DNA of 64,000 bases, taken from the NCBI GenBank assembly GCA_963662335.2, contig CAXXVD010000001.1, forward strand, positions 288,001 through 352,000, in the 5' to 3' direction. A model generated the notes under the pieces. The model was given only the letters and a program-made list of their open reading frames with translations, searched no databases and was not told where the DNA came from. This DNA is from Chloroflexota bacterium. Lineage in GTDB: Bacteria; Chloroflexota; UBA11872; VXOZ01. The translations under genes were made by a program, and so were the position numbers. This document shows positions 17,938-27,891 of the stretch, one piece after another (within the stretch, counting starts at the first letter, position 1; the number at the start of each line of letters is the position of its first letter).

Positions 17938-20900
17938 ATGGCAGCAGCACAACAGGCCGATTCCGTACGCACCAGTTGGCGTCTCGCGCGCCTGACCCAA
18001 GGCGTGCGCGGCCGCATTGTCCTGGCCGCGCTCTTTGGCCTGGGGGCCGTTACCACCGGCGTGGCGCGCCTCTCCCTCTCCGGCACGGCCGTCGCCATGG
18101 TCTTCGAGCAGAAGCCCTTCGCGGAAATCATACTGATCTTGCTCGGCGTGCTCTTCCTGCCCATGCTGCGCATCGTCTTCACGATGGCGCAGCAGTTCAT
18201 CGCCCACGAGACGGCGGCCAAGATGAAAGTCACGCTGCGCACCAAGCTCTACGCGCACCTGCTGCGCCTCGGCCCCGGTTTCACCCAGAAGCAGCGCACC
18301 GGCGAGGTGGTGGTGAAGGCGGTAGATTCCGTGGAGCAGCTTGAGACGTTCTTTGGCCGCTACCTGCCGCAGCTTGTGGTGGCCGGCATCGCCCCGGTCG
18401 GCATTCTCATCTTCATGACGATTCTCGATTGGCACTCGGCCCTCATCTTCCTGCTCTTTGCCGTGCTCACGTATATCGCGCCCACGTTCTTCCGCCGCGC
18501 CACCTACCGCGCCAGCCGCGGCCGCTGGCAGGCGAACCGCGCGCTGAGCGCCGACTTCATCGACGCCATCCAGGGGCTTGCCACCCTGAAGATCTTTGGC
18601 CGCAGCGGCGAGTGGGGCCGCATGTTGGCCGGCCGGGCGCAGGCGCTCTCAACCTCAACCATGAAAGTGCTGGGCATCAACATCGCCTCCGGCGGCGTGA
18701 GCATGCTCTTCATGAGCCTCGGCGCGGCGACGGTGCTCGCCTGGGGCGCGGTGCGCGTCGATCAGGGCACGCTGGACCTCACCCCACTCATGATCGTGCT
18801 CTTCCTGGGCGTGGAAATCTTCCGCCCCCTGCGCGAACTGAACCAGCTCTACCACACCGGCCTGCTCGGCACCTCGTCCGCCATCGGCATGTTTTCCCTG
18901 CTGGACGAGCAGCCTGAGGTCGTGGATGTCGCCGACCGCCCCAACGCAGACGGCAGCGCGAAAAAAACCGGCTCCGCCGTCATTCCCGCGAATGCGGGAA
19001 TCCATCCTGATTCCGTCTCCCCCGAGAGCAACGGGGCCGCGACTCACGTGAGTGAAGCAATCCTCGAACCCAGCGTGGACTTCAAGAGCGTCACCTTCAC
19101 CTACGAGCAAGGCGACCGCCCGGCCCTGCACGAAGTCTCTTTTGCCGTGCCGGCCGGCTCCACCCTCGGCATCGTCGGCCCGTCCGGCGCGGGCAAGACC
19201 ACCGTCACCAACCTGCTGCTGCGCTTCTTCGATCCCCAGGCCGGCGTTATTCGCCTGGGCGGCCGCGACGTGCGCGAAATCCCGTTGGACGCCCTGCGGC
19301 GGCAGGTTTCGATCGTCGCCCAGGATACCTATCTCTTCCACGGCACCGTGCTGGAGAACATCCGGCTCGCCCGGCCCGAGGCTACGGACGAAGAGGTGCT
19401 GGCCGCGGCGCGGGCGGCGAACGCCCACGAGTTCATCCCGAAACTCCTCGACGGCTACGCCACCATCATCGGCGAGCGCGGACAGAAGCTCTCCGGCGGT
19501 CAGCGCCAGCGCCTGGCAATCGCGCGCGCCATTCTCAAGGACGCGCCGATCCTCATCCTGGACGAAGCCACCTCCCACGTGGACAGCGGCAACGAGGCGG
19601 TCATCCAGGAGGCGCTGGAGCGGCTGATGCAAAACCGCACCACGATCGTCATCGCGCACCGTCTCTCCACCGTGGCCGGCGCGGACCAGATTATCGTGCT
19701 CGACCAGGGCGCGTGCGTCGAACGGGGCACGCACGGCGCGCTGATGGCGCACGACGGCGTCTACGCCCGGCTCGTGGCGGCGCAAACCCGGCTGCCGGCC
19801 GGCGCAAACGGCGAGCCGCACGGCGCATTCAGCGCGACCAACGGCGAACCGGCGGCAAGCCGCGCGTCGGGCGCGGCGGCCCCCAGCCCGGACTCTCAAA
19901 CTGACAAAACAGGTTACGGCGAGGGCCACCTGCTGCGCGGCGCTCGCCATGCCAAACCGATCGAGCCGGTGCTGCTCGGCGCGTGGCCAACGACTGTGCG
20001 CCTCATGCGCCTCATCCGCCCGGAATGGCTGGAGTTTGCCGTCACCGTGGGCAGCGGTTTGGTCAAGGCCGGCGCTACCATTGCGCTTGGCGTGGCTAGC
20101 GCCATGCTCGCCGGCAGTGTCGCCACCGGCGGCGGCCTCGGCGCGCTCATTCCCGTCGTGCTCGCGCTGGCGGTCACGGTGGCGCTCTTCCACTGGATCG
20201 AAGCCTGGATTTCCCACGACATGGCCTACCGCATCCTGGCCGACATGCGCATCAAGCTCTTCGCCACCCTGGACCGCCTCGCTCCCGCGTACATGTACAG
20301 CCGCCGCAGCGGCGACCTGACCAGCATCGTCACCTCGGACATCGAGACCGTCGAGTCGTTCTTCGCCCACGCCGCCGGGCCGATACTGGTGGCGATCATG
20401 GTGCCGCTGGTGGCGCTCGTCTTCCTGCTCAACATGTCCTGGCTGCTTGCCCTCGCGCTGGTGCCCTTCCTCATTCTGGTGGGCCTGAGTCCCCACTACA
20501 TCGGCCGCCACACCGACCGGCTGGGCAACCGCCTGCGCGCGGAACTGGGCGAGGTGAACGCCCACATGGCGGATAGCGTACAGGGCCTGCGCGAAGTGGT
20601 GGTCTTTTCCCAGGATGGCCGCCGCTTGCGGGAAATCCACGATAAGAGCGCGGCGCTCACGGGACTCCAGGTGCGCTACGGCAAGCAACTGGGCTTCCAG
20701 CAGGGCGCGATCGAGGGCATCCAGGCCGTCGGCGCGCTGGTGGTGCTCATGCTCGGCGCGTACCTCGTCAACGAAGGGCTGCTCACGGCGGCGGCCTTGC
20801 CGGTCGCGACGATGCTGGCCCTGACCTGCTTTACGCCGGTGGCCGAAATCGCCCGCATCGTGAAAGAACTGGCAAACGCCTTCGGCTCCGGCCGCCGCGT

Positions 20901-21699
20901 CTTTGCCGTGCAGGACGAACCGCCGCCGGTGTCCGACGGGCAGGCCGTGCCGCCGGACACCGCCGCCGCGCCGGCGCTGGCGTTCGACGACGTCCACTTC
21001 AACTACGGCCCCGGCGAGCCCCAGGCCCTGAGCGGCGTCTCGTTCGCGGTCGAGGCCGGCCAGACCGTGGCCGTGGTCGGGCCGTCCGGCGCGGGCAAGA
21101 CCACCGTGGCCCACCTGCTCATGCGCTTCTGGGACCCGCAAGAGGGACGCATCACGTTTGGCGGCCGCGACCTGCGCGACTTCACGCTGGACGACCTGCG
21201 CAGCCGCATCGCGCTGGTCTCCCAGGACATCTACCTTTTCAACATGAGCATCCGGGAAAATCTGCGCCTGGCGCGGCCCGACGCCACCGACGCGGAGATC
21301 GAGGAAGCCGCCAAGCTGGCGAGCGCCCACGAGTTCATCCAGGCCTTCCCGCGCGGCTACGACTCCGTGGTTGGCGAGCGCGGCACGTCGATCTCCGGCG
21401 GCCAGCGGCAGCGCCTTGCCATCGCCCGCGCCCTGCTCAAGCAAGCGCCGGTCCTCATCCTGGACGAAGCCACCTCGCACCTGGACACTGAGAACGAACG
21501 CGAGGTGCGCGCGGCCATCGGCGAACTCATGCGGGGCCGCACCACCCTCGTCATCGCCCACCGCCTCTCCACCGTGCGCGACGCGGACACCATCATCGTC
21601 CTGGACGAGGGGCGCGTCAGCCAACAAGGCGCCCACGACGACCTTCTTGCCGCCGCGGGCACGTACGCCCAACTCGTCCGCGTCCAGGCGCAAATCTGA
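17938..21699 (+). CDS. Single-chain type IV ABC transporter, TMD-NBD-TMD-NBD (CydDC/IrtAB-like fusion)
   Basis: Two GPSGAGKT, LSGGQ/ISGGQ, ILDEATS, IAHRLST sets and two hydrophobic TMDs. Confidence 0.9.
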   Translation: MAAAQQADSVRTSWRLARLTQGVRGRIVLAALFGLGAVTTGVARLSLSGTAVAMVFEQKPFAEIILILLGVLFLPMLRIVFTMAQQFIAHETAAKMKVTLRTKLYAHLLRLGPGFTQKQRTGEVVVKAVDSVEQLETFFGRYLPQLVVAGIAPVGILIFMTILDWHSALIFLLFAVLTYIAPTFFRRATYRASRGRWQANRALSADFIDAIQGLATLKIFGRSGEWGRMLAGRAQALSTSTMKVLGINIASGGVSMLFMSLGAATVLAWGAVRVDQGTLDLTPLMIVLFLGVEIFRPLRELNQLYHTGLLGTSSAIGMFSLLDEQPEVVDVADRPNADGSAKKTGSAVIPANAGIHPDSVSPESNGAATHVSEAILEPSVDFKSVTFTYEQGDRPALHEVSFAVPAGSTLGIVGPSGAGKTTVTNLLLRFFDPQAGVIRLGGRDVREIPLDALRRQVSIVAQDTYLFHGTVLENIRLARPEATDEEVLAAARAANAHEFIPKLLDGYATIIGERGQKLSGGQRQRLAIARAILKDAPILILDEATSHVDSGNEAVIQEALERLMQNRTTIVIAHRLSTVAGADQIIVLDQGACVERGTHGALMAHDGVYARLVAAQTRLPAGANGEPHGAFSATNGEPAASRASGAAAPSPDSQTDKTGYGEGHLLRGARHAKPIEPVLLGAWPTTVRLMRLIRPEWLEFAVTVGSGLVKAGATIALGVASAMLAGSVATGGGLGALIPVVLALAVTVALFHWIEAWISHDMAYRILADMRIKLFATLDRLAPAYMYSRRSGDLTSIVTSDIETVESFFAHAAGPILVAIMVPLVALVFLLNMSWLLALALVPFLILVGLSPHYIGRHTDRLGNRLRAELGEVNAHMADSVQGLREVVVFSQDGRRLREIHDKSAALTGLQVRYGKQLGFQQGAIEGIQAVGALVVLMLGAYLVNEGLLTAAALPVATMLALTCFTPVAEIARIVKELANAFGSGRRVFAVQDEPPPVSDGQAVPPDTAAAPALAFDDVHFNYGPGEPQALSGVSFAVEAGQTVAVVGPSGAGKTTVAHLLMRFWDPQEGRITFGGRDLRDFTLDDLRSRIALVSQDIYLFNMSIRENLRLARPDATDAEIEEAAKLASAHEFIQAFPRGYDSVVGERGTSISGGQRQRLAIARALLKQAPVLILDEATSHLDTENEREVRAAIGELMRGRTTLVIAHRLSTVRDADTIIVLDEGRVSQQGAHDDLLAAAGTYAQLVRVQAQI
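18979..19004. repeat. REP-D arm in frame inside the ABC transporter (reads VIPANAGIH)
   Basis: GTCATTCCCGCGAATGCGGGAATCCA matches intergenic copy at 61655. Confidence 0.8.
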
Positions 21700-21787
21700 C
21701 GCTCCGCATCCTGCCCCCCTCTCCCGGCGGAGAAAGCCCGGGCAAGGGGCGGCATCTCCGCTTCACTCCCAGAGCGATTGCCGCAAC

Positions 21788-21932
21788 GTAGCGCGGGGGC
21801 TTGTCCCCCGCTGGAGCCATTGAAACTGGCACGTTAAGGATTGACCTACAAGATTCGCAGGTTGCAAACCTGCGCTACCGGAGATGCGAGGCGTGGTTCA
21901 CATCGCCATTTGAGTTTAATGCGACAGCATTA
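21788..21932 (-). mobile_element. MITE-2 partial copy (REP-A, REP-B, one TIR) abutting a split REP-A
   Basis: TIR reverse complement TAATGCTGTCGCATTAAAC at 21914-21932 followed by GGGCTTGTCCCCCGC. Confidence 0.65.
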
Positions 21933-22078
21933 GGGCTTGTCCCCCGCCGAGGGCTGCGCCGCGCCTCAGCGGCAAGAGTGGATTGCCGCATTTGCGGCAA
22001 CTGTACGTGTTGACCGGTTCGTTAACCGGATCGCTTGATGACGTGACGAAACGGGCGCGACGCATTGCTGTCCCTAAT

Positions 22079-22227
22079 GTCATTCCGAGCGAAGCGCAGC
22101 ATGTCATTCCGAACGAAGCGCTGCATGTCATTCCGAACGAAGCGCAGCGCAGTGAGGAATCTAGGGCGCTGCGCCTACAGCGCTCACTTTCATTCAGCCC
22201 TAGATTCCTCGCTGCGCTCGGAATGAC
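22079..22227. repeat. REP-C doublet with left-arm head reiterated 3 x 24 bp
   Basis: gtcattccga.cgaagcgc.gcat at 22079, 22103, 22127; right arm ends 22227. Confidence 0.9.
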
Positions 22228-22315
22228 AGGAGCTATGACCTCTCGCTAGCGGAATCGGATTCTGTCTACGAACTAGCCAACACTCACGGAGATGAAGGAT
22301 GGAATTCGCCGCCGG

Positions 22316-22345
22316 TTGCAGGGCGGCGCGGCGGCAACATATAAT
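22316..22345 (+). promoter_or_regulatory. Sigma70-type promoter for tRNA-Leu/rpsF region
   Basis: TTGCAG-N18-TATAAT. Confidence 0.55.
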
Positions 22346-22434
22346 GGCAGAAGGTGGTCAAGGACCTGCGTCCCGGCTTGGGAGCGCGGCGCGGCGGCCC
22401 GCAGCGGCCAGTGCGCCGCAACGAGCCTGAGCCA

Positions 22435-22519
22435 GCCGAGGTGGCGAAATGGAAGACGCATGGGACTTAAACTCCCAGGAGCTCTAACGCTCGTGCCGGT
22501 TCGACTCCGGTCCTCGGCA
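22435..22519 (+). tRNA. tRNA-Leu(TAA), CCA not encoded
   Basis: GCCGAGG/CCTCGGC acceptor stem, TGGGA-CTTAAAC-TCCCA anticodon arm, long variable arm, GGTTCGACT T-loop. Confidence 0.93.
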
Positions 22520-22619
22520 CCGTAATCACACCTTTCTGCTTCCGGCGCAGGTTGGCTGGGCGTAGCGTGCGCCCTCCAAGCGGCGACCGGAGGCAAACCC
22601 AGAGGAAGGAAACACCTCT

Positions 22620-22979
22620 ATGCGCCTCTACGAGCTTGTCGTCATCTTCCACCCGGAGATCGACCCCGATACCCTGGCGGCCCTCAGCGGCCGCATCGTC
22701 TCCGCCATCACCGACCACGAAGGCGAGGTGGTTGCGCGCCAGACCTGGGGACGGAAGCGTCTCGCCTATCCGATCAAGCACCTCCGCGACGGCTACTACG
22801 TGCTCTGGCACTTCCGCGCCGACGCGCCGACGCTGGTGAACGAGATCGAGAGCATGCTCATGATCTCCGAGCCCGTGCTGCGTTACCTGACGGTGCGCGC
22901 CGAGGGTCTGCCGCCGCTCACGCCGGATCAGGAGCCTGAACCCGCGGCCGCCGCGGCCGCAGAAAGCAAGGAAGCGTAA
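22620..22979 (+). CDS. rpsF: 30S ribosomal protein S6
   Basis: MRLYELVVIFHP, WGRKRLAYPI, GYY, VLRYL. Confidence 0.96.
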   Translation: MRLYELVVIFHPEIDPDTLAALSGRIVSAITDHEGEVVARQTWGRKRLAYPIKHLRDGYYVLWHFRADAPTLVNEIESMLMISEPVLRYLTVRAEGLPPLTPDQEPEPAAAAAAESKEA

Positions 22980-22981
22980 CT

Positions 22982-23410
22982 ATGGCAAACCTCAATAAGG
23001 TTATGATCATTGGACGCCTGGGCCGAGATCCTGAATTGCGCTACACATCGTCTGGAACGCCCGTGTGCAACTTCTCGGTGGCGGTTAGCCGTCGTTGGAA
23101 TAGCCGTGATGGTCAGCAGCAGGAAGAAACCGAATGGTTTCGTGTCTCCGCTTGGGAAAGGCTGGCCGAAACCTGCGCCAATTATCTTACCAAAGGGCAG
23201 CTAGTCTATATAGAAGGTCCGGTTAAGCTCGAACGCTGGACTGGCCGGGACGGGCAAGAGGGCGCCAGCCTGACGGTTAGAGCCTACACGATGCAGATGC
23301 TCGGCTCGCGGCGCGACCAGGGCATGTCCGGTTCCGGTGACGCGCCGGAAGAAGCCGGCGCGCCCGCAGACGCGGAAGAGCAAATCGACCCGGACGACCT
23401 GCCCTTCTAG
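22982..23410 (+). CDS. ssb: Single-stranded DNA-binding protein
   Basis: LNKVMIIGRLGRDPELRYT, KGQLVYIEG, C-terminal DDLPF. Confidence 0.97.
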   Translation: MANLNKVMIIGRLGRDPELRYTSSGTPVCNFSVAVSRRWNSRDGQQQEETEWFRVSAWERLAETCANYLTKGQLVYIEGPVKLERWTGRDGQEGASLTVRAYTMQMLGSRRDQGMSGSGDAPEEAGAPADAEEQIDPDDLPF

Positions 23411-23467
23411 GTCGTCAACAACCGCACGGCATCATTTACAATACAGCACACGAATTGAGGAATTCCC

Positions 23468-23827
23468 ATGATGGATCGCAATGGACGCGGCGGCGGCGGT
23501 GGCGGTGGTGGCGGCCGCGGTCGCCCGGGCGGCGGACGGTTCGGCGGCGGTGGCGGCGGCGGGCGCTTTGGCGGCCGGCGGCGCGGGCCGGGCGGACGCG
23601 GCCCCCGGCGGCGGCGCTCGTGCTACTTCTGCGGCAACGCGATCAAGGTCATCGACCACAAGAACGTCGATCTCCTCTGGAACTACCTGGACGATCGCGA
23701 AAAGATCGTTGGGCACCGCCAGAGCGGCACCTGCGCCAAGCACCAGCGGCGGCTGTCAACCGCCATCAAGCGCGCGCGCACGCTGGCCCTGCTGCCCTAC
23801 ACGCCCGAACACTCGCGCACGCGGTAG
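23468..23827 (+). CDS. rpsR: 30S ribosomal protein S18 (Zn-binding form) with Gly/Arg-rich N-terminal extension
   Basis: CYFC, SGTCAKHQRRLSTAIKRARTLALLPY. Confidence 0.95.
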   Translation: MMDRNGRGGGGGGGGGRGRPGGGRFGGGGGGGRFGGRRRGPGGRGPRRRRSCYFCGNAIKVIDHKNVDLLWNYLDDREKIVGHRQSGTCAKHQRRLSTAIKRARTLALLPYTPEHSRTR

Positions 23828-24031
23828 GCGGCCCGGCGCACGCCTGGGGCGTCTCTCCTTGCCGCGTGCAGCGAGCCAGCCGGAGGCCGTTCGCCGCACG
23901 CGGCGGCGCAAGCGCCTGCGCGAAGCGCTCTCCGCCGTTCGCGCCGCGGCCGGCAGCCGCCGCAACCCGGCGGGCGCGCCCATACGCGCCGCCCGGCCTT
24001 CTGTACGCTTTCTAAACGTTAAGGTCTCTCG

Positions 24032-25402
24032 ATGCCACGAAGAAAATCCGGCCAATCGCGCCGCCGCGCGCAACGCATCATTGCCCGTCCGCTGGAGCAC
24101 CCGGCGGAAGAGGGCGAGCCGCTGATATTCGGCTGGGGCGCGCATCTCTCGCGCCGCGAAAAAGACCGCCTGATGCGGCGGGCCGTAATGGCGGGGGCCG
24201 GTTTGATTGTCGGCGTCATCGCCCTCATTCTGCTCTACGCCTACCTGGACGAGTACGTGCTGCAAGCGCGCGCCGCCGTCGCCCGCATTGGCCCGGACAC
24301 GCTCGACGCCAGCGCCTACGCCGCGGATTTGGGCGCGGATCTTGCCCACCGCATCTACTACGCGGGCCAGGTACAGCGGCTTCTTCCCAAACTCGTTAGC
24401 GAAGAGGGCGCCGACGCTGCCGCCTTGAGCAACGGGGCGAGCCGGTTGTTGGCCCAACAGGAACAGCAACTCCAGTTCCTCCCCAGTGTTGTCCTAGAGC
24501 AGATGATCGAGGCCGTCATCGTGCGCCAGGAAGCCGCCGCGCGGGGCTGGACGTACACGGAAGCCGAGCGGGATGAGGCCGTCGCCGCCTACCTCGACGA
24601 GTTCAGCGAAACGCAGGTGCGCAGCCGCATCGAGGCCCTCATCCCGCCGCCGCTGCCTGAGCCCACGCCGATTCCCGGCGAGGCGGAGATACGGCAATCA
24701 GACCAGATGGTGGCCCGCGCCGATCTTGCCGCCGCGGCCACGGCTACGGCAACCGCCCCGACACCCACGCCGGCGCCAACCGCGGCTCCCCAGACGCCCA
24801 CGCCGGTCGTGCCCACGCCCACACCGGCGCTCGCGGCGCGCGTGGATGACTACCTGGCGGGTACCGGCATCGCGCGCGCGGACTTCGAGCGGCGCGTGCA
24901 GGACGCCTGGTGGCGGCAGCGGCTGGAGCGGGAGTCCATCGACGCCGTGCCCGCCAGCCAGGCGCAAGTCCGCGCCCGCCACATCCTGGTGACCAATGCG
25001 GAAGACGCCGCGCTCGTCAAAGAGCGGCTGGACGCCGGTGAGGACTTCGCCGAACTGGCCGCCGAGATGTCCCTGGACACCGGCACGAAAGAGAAAGGCG
25101 GCGACCTGGGCTGGTTCCCGCGCGGCGTCATGACGTCTGCGTTCGAGGAGGCGGCCTTTGCGCTGGAACTGGGACAGATTAGCGAGCCGGTGCAGACGCC
25201 GTTCGGCTTCCACATCATCGAGGTGCTGGAAAGAGCCGACGACGTGCCGCTGACAGAGAATGTCCTCTCCCAACTGCAACTCCGCGCCTTCAGCCAACTC
25301 CTCGCCGACCGCAAGGAGTCCCTGGGCGTGGAACGGCTGCTGACGCAGGAGATCGTCACCTGGGCCCAGCGCCACATGCCCCAACTGCCGGGAACACCGT
25401 AG
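24032..25402 (+). CDS. Membrane-anchored parvulin-type peptidyl-prolyl isomerase (PrsA/SurA-like)
   Basis: VRARHILV, FAELA..S.D, GGDLGWF, GFHII; N-terminal TM helix. Confidence 0.9.
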   Translation: MPRRKSGQSRRRAQRIIARPLEHPAEEGEPLIFGWGAHLSRREKDRLMRRAVMAGAGLIVGVIALILLYAYLDEYVLQARAAVARIGPDTLDASAYAADLGADLAHRIYYAGQVQRLLPKLVSEEGADAAALSNGASRLLAQQEQQLQFLPSVVLEQMIEAVIVRQEAAARGWTYTEAERDEAVAAYLDEFSETQVRSRIEALIPPPLPEPTPIPGEAEIRQSDQMVARADLAAAATATATAPTPTPAPTAAPQTPTPVVPTPTPALAARVDDYLAGTGIARADFERRVQDAWWRQRLERESIDAVPASQAQVRARHILVTNAEDAALVKERLDAGEDFAELAAEMSLDTGTKEKGGDLGWFPRGVMTSAFEEAAFALELGQISEPVQTPFGFHIIEVLERADDVPLTENVLSQLQLRAFSQLLADRKESLGVERLLTQEIVTWAQRHMPQLPGTP

Positions 25403-25469
25403 CGGCCGCTTCGGCCAGACGTGCCCGGGCTGGTGGAAGTCCGACGGCGGGTAGGGGCGGGTCGCGAAC

Positions 25470-25641
25470 CAATGCCGTCGCCTTGAACAGAATGACGGCA
25501 AGACTTGCGAACAAGCTCTCCGGTAGCACAGGTTTGCAACCTGCGTCTTGGTAGGGTCAAGATGTTGGCATCGTCTGCCGGAGGGAGACTTGCGGCGATC
25601 GCCCTGCGTGCCTTGCACACCGGCGGCGGACAAGCCCCCGC
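25470..25641 (+). mobile_element. MITE-2 truncated copy inserted in a GTAG palindrome
   Basis: Colinear with 32057-32228; left flank GTAGGGGCGGGTCGCGAAC is a half palindrome. Confidence 0.75.
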
Positions 25642-25705
25642 TCCCTCGCGTGAGAACACAGGGCAAACCTGGCGCAAACGGCACCCACCAGCGCAGGCAC
25701 GCCGC

Positions 25706-27673
25706 TTACCGCAAGAACCGCTCCACCTCGCCAAAGTCCCGCGCCCGGCGGGCCGGCGGCAGCGAGTTGAGAATCATCCGGCCATAGAACTTGGTGTGGA
25801 TGCGGGCGTCCAGCAGCGCCATCACGCCGCTGTCCGCCGGACTGCGAATCAGGCGGCCAAAGCCCTGCTTCAGGTCGATCACGGCTTCCGGCAGCATGAG
25901 GTCCCGGAACCAGTTGCCGCCGGCTTCGGTCACGGCGTCCAGCCGGGCCTGGGAGAGCGGCGACGGCGCGGCAAACGGCAGCCGGTCGATCACCACCAAG
26001 GAGAGCGCCTCGCCCGGCACGTCCACGCCCTGCCAGAACGACTTGGTGGCGCAGAGCACCGCGTGGCCGTCTTCCATGAAGACCCGCAGCAACTCCCGGC
26101 GCGGCATCTCCCCTTGGCGCAGTAAGCGCAACCGTTCGCCAACGCGCCGCGTAAGCTCCTGGTAGCAGTGTTCCAGCGCACGGTAGCTGGTGAAGAGCAA
26201 GAACGCGCGTCCGTCGGAGGCGGTGACCAGCCGTTCCAGGCGGTCTACCAGAGCGGCCAGGTAGGCGTGCGCCTCGTCTCCCTCCCAGCGGGACGGCGGC
26301 GCGGGCAGTTCGCGCGGGCCCGGCGCCCAGATGAGCGCCTGCTCCTCGAACAGGAAGGGGCTGGCGCACGTGCGTTCGCGGTAGTCGCGCGCGCCCACCC
26401 GCGCGGCGAAGAAGTCCATGCGGCCCCCCACCGCCAGCGTCGCCGACGTGTAGATCGTGGCCTCCGTCCGCTCCGCCAGCGCCGCCAGGTGCTCCGAGAC
26501 GTCAATCGGCGTGTAGTGCAACTGCACGCCGCCGCGCCCTTCATCCACGTAGCGCAGATTGCCCCGCAGCGTCGGCGCGCAGAAGCGCTCCATCCGGTTG
26601 ACCGCGTTCTCCACCTGCTCGATGCGCTTCTCCAACTTCGCCTGCGCCTCCTCGCTGGGCATCTGGGGCAAACGCTCTTTGAGCGCCTGGTAGTAGCGAT
26701 TGAGCGCGCGCGTGACCGGTCCGCCGTCGAACGTCATAGTTTCCGGTACGGCCAACTGGCGGCTCCCCCAATCGCCCCGGCCTCGTTGCATGAGCAGCGC
26801 CGTGAACTGCTCCCAGCACGCCGCGACGCCCCGCTGGAGTTCGTCGCGCACGCCTTCCAAACCGGGTTCGTCGGGGATGAGGCGCGTCAGGCTGCGCGGC
26901 GTCAACGTATCGGTGAACGCGGAGTAGGCAAAGTTCTCCAGTTGGTGCGCCTCGTCGATGATGAGGAAGGCGTGCTGCGGCAGAATCCCGGCGAGTGTGC
27001 TCAGGCAGAGCAGCGCGTGGTTGCAGATGACCACGTCCGCCCGGCTCAACTGCTCGCGCATGGCGTAGTACCAGCACGAGCGGTCGTGATAGTAGCGGCA
27101 CCGCATCCCGATGCAGTCCGTGTCGGAAGCGACCGCGCGCTCGCGGAGTTCCGGCGCGAGCGCGAAACGCAGTTCGTCCACGTCGCCGGTAGTAGTTTCT
27201 CCCAGCCACTCCACCATACTCGCCAGCCCGTCCGGCGGGACTAAGCTGCCCGTCGTTTCATCCAGCTTGAGCTTACAGGCGTAGTTTCCGATACCTTTCG
27301 CCACGATGGCCGTAAACTCGATGCCAAACGGGGCCAACAACGCCTGCACGGCCGGCACGTCTTTGGTGAATAGTTGGTCTTGCAGCACCTTGGTGGCCGT
27401 GGAGATGATGATCGGGCCGCGCTTGGGGTCGGCGCGCCGGGCCAGGACCGCCGGAATGAGGTAGGCGAGACTCTTGCCCACGCCGGTGCCCGCTTCCACG
27501 ATGAGGTGGCGGCTCTCCGCCAGCGCCTGCCACACCGCCACCGCCATGTCCCGCTGTCCGGGTCGGTGCTCCCAGCCCTTCTCCGCCAGCAGGCCGCGCG
27601 GGCCGTAGGCGTCGGCAATGGCGGCGCTTTCCAGGCTGAAAGACGGCGCAAGCGTCGGTTCGGCGGGGGACAT
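25706..27673 (-). CDS. dinG: DinG/YoaA family ATP-dependent Fe-S DNA helicase
   Basis: RPGQ Q-motif, EAGTGVGKS, Cys cluster, IIDEAHQL, LFTSY, FWQGVD, QGFGRLIR. Confidence 0.92.
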   Translation of the reverse strand: MSPAEPTLAPSFSLESAAIADAYGPRGLLAEKGWEHRPGQRDMAVAVWQALAESRHLIVEAGTGVGKSLAYLIPAVLARRADPKRGPIIISTATKVLQDQLFTKDVPAVQALLAPFGIEFTAIVAKGIGNYACKLKLDETTGSLVPPDGLASMVEWLGETTTGDVDELRFALAPELRERAVASDTDCIGMRCRYYHDRSCWYYAMREQLSRADVVICNHALLCLSTLAGILPQHAFLIIDEAHQLENFAYSAFTDTLTPRSLTRLIPDEPGLEGVRDELQRGVAACWEQFTALLMQRGRGDWGSRQLAVPETMTFDGGPVTRALNRYYQALKERLPQMPSEEAQAKLEKRIEQVENAVNRMERFCAPTLRGNLRYVDEGRGGVQLHYTPIDVSEHLAALAERTEATIYTSATLAVGGRMDFFAARVGARDYRERTCASPFLFEEQALIWAPGPRELPAPPSRWEGDEAHAYLAALVDRLERLVTASDGRAFLLFTSYRALEHCYQELTRRVGERLRLLRQGEMPRRELLRVFMEDGHAVLCATKSFWQGVDVPGEALSLVVIDRLPFAAPSPLSQARLDAVTEAGGNWFRDLMLPEAVIDLKQGFGRLIRSPADSGVMALLDARIHTKFYGRMILNSLPPARRARDFGEVERFLR

Positions 27674-27891
27674 TGGCGGCGCTTTCCCTTGCGTGCGTAT
27701 GGCAAACCGCAGGCGCGGCTAACCCATTCTAGCACGACCGCCCGTCCGGCCCGCGCCGCCGGGTGGCGGCGCGGGCGCGCATGGGGCGCGTTTGCGGCCG
27801 CAACGCGTACGAGCCGCCGACTACTGTGGTAGCTTTAAGGGAAGCGGCGCGCGGGGGAGCGCCAACAGGGATTGGTCGAGGAGAGCGTGAC

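Noticed and set aside
22435-22560. tRNA-Leu as an integration site
   Set aside because: No integrase and no duplicated tRNA 3' end seen in the window
24730-24830. Pro/Thr/Ala repeats in the PPIase and in HtrA (29600-29730)
   Set aside because: Ordinary low-complexity linkers of secreted proteins
25706-27673. DinG as type IV CRISPR accessory
   Set aside because: No csf/cas genes or array nearby; looks like the ordinary chromosomal YoaA/DinG
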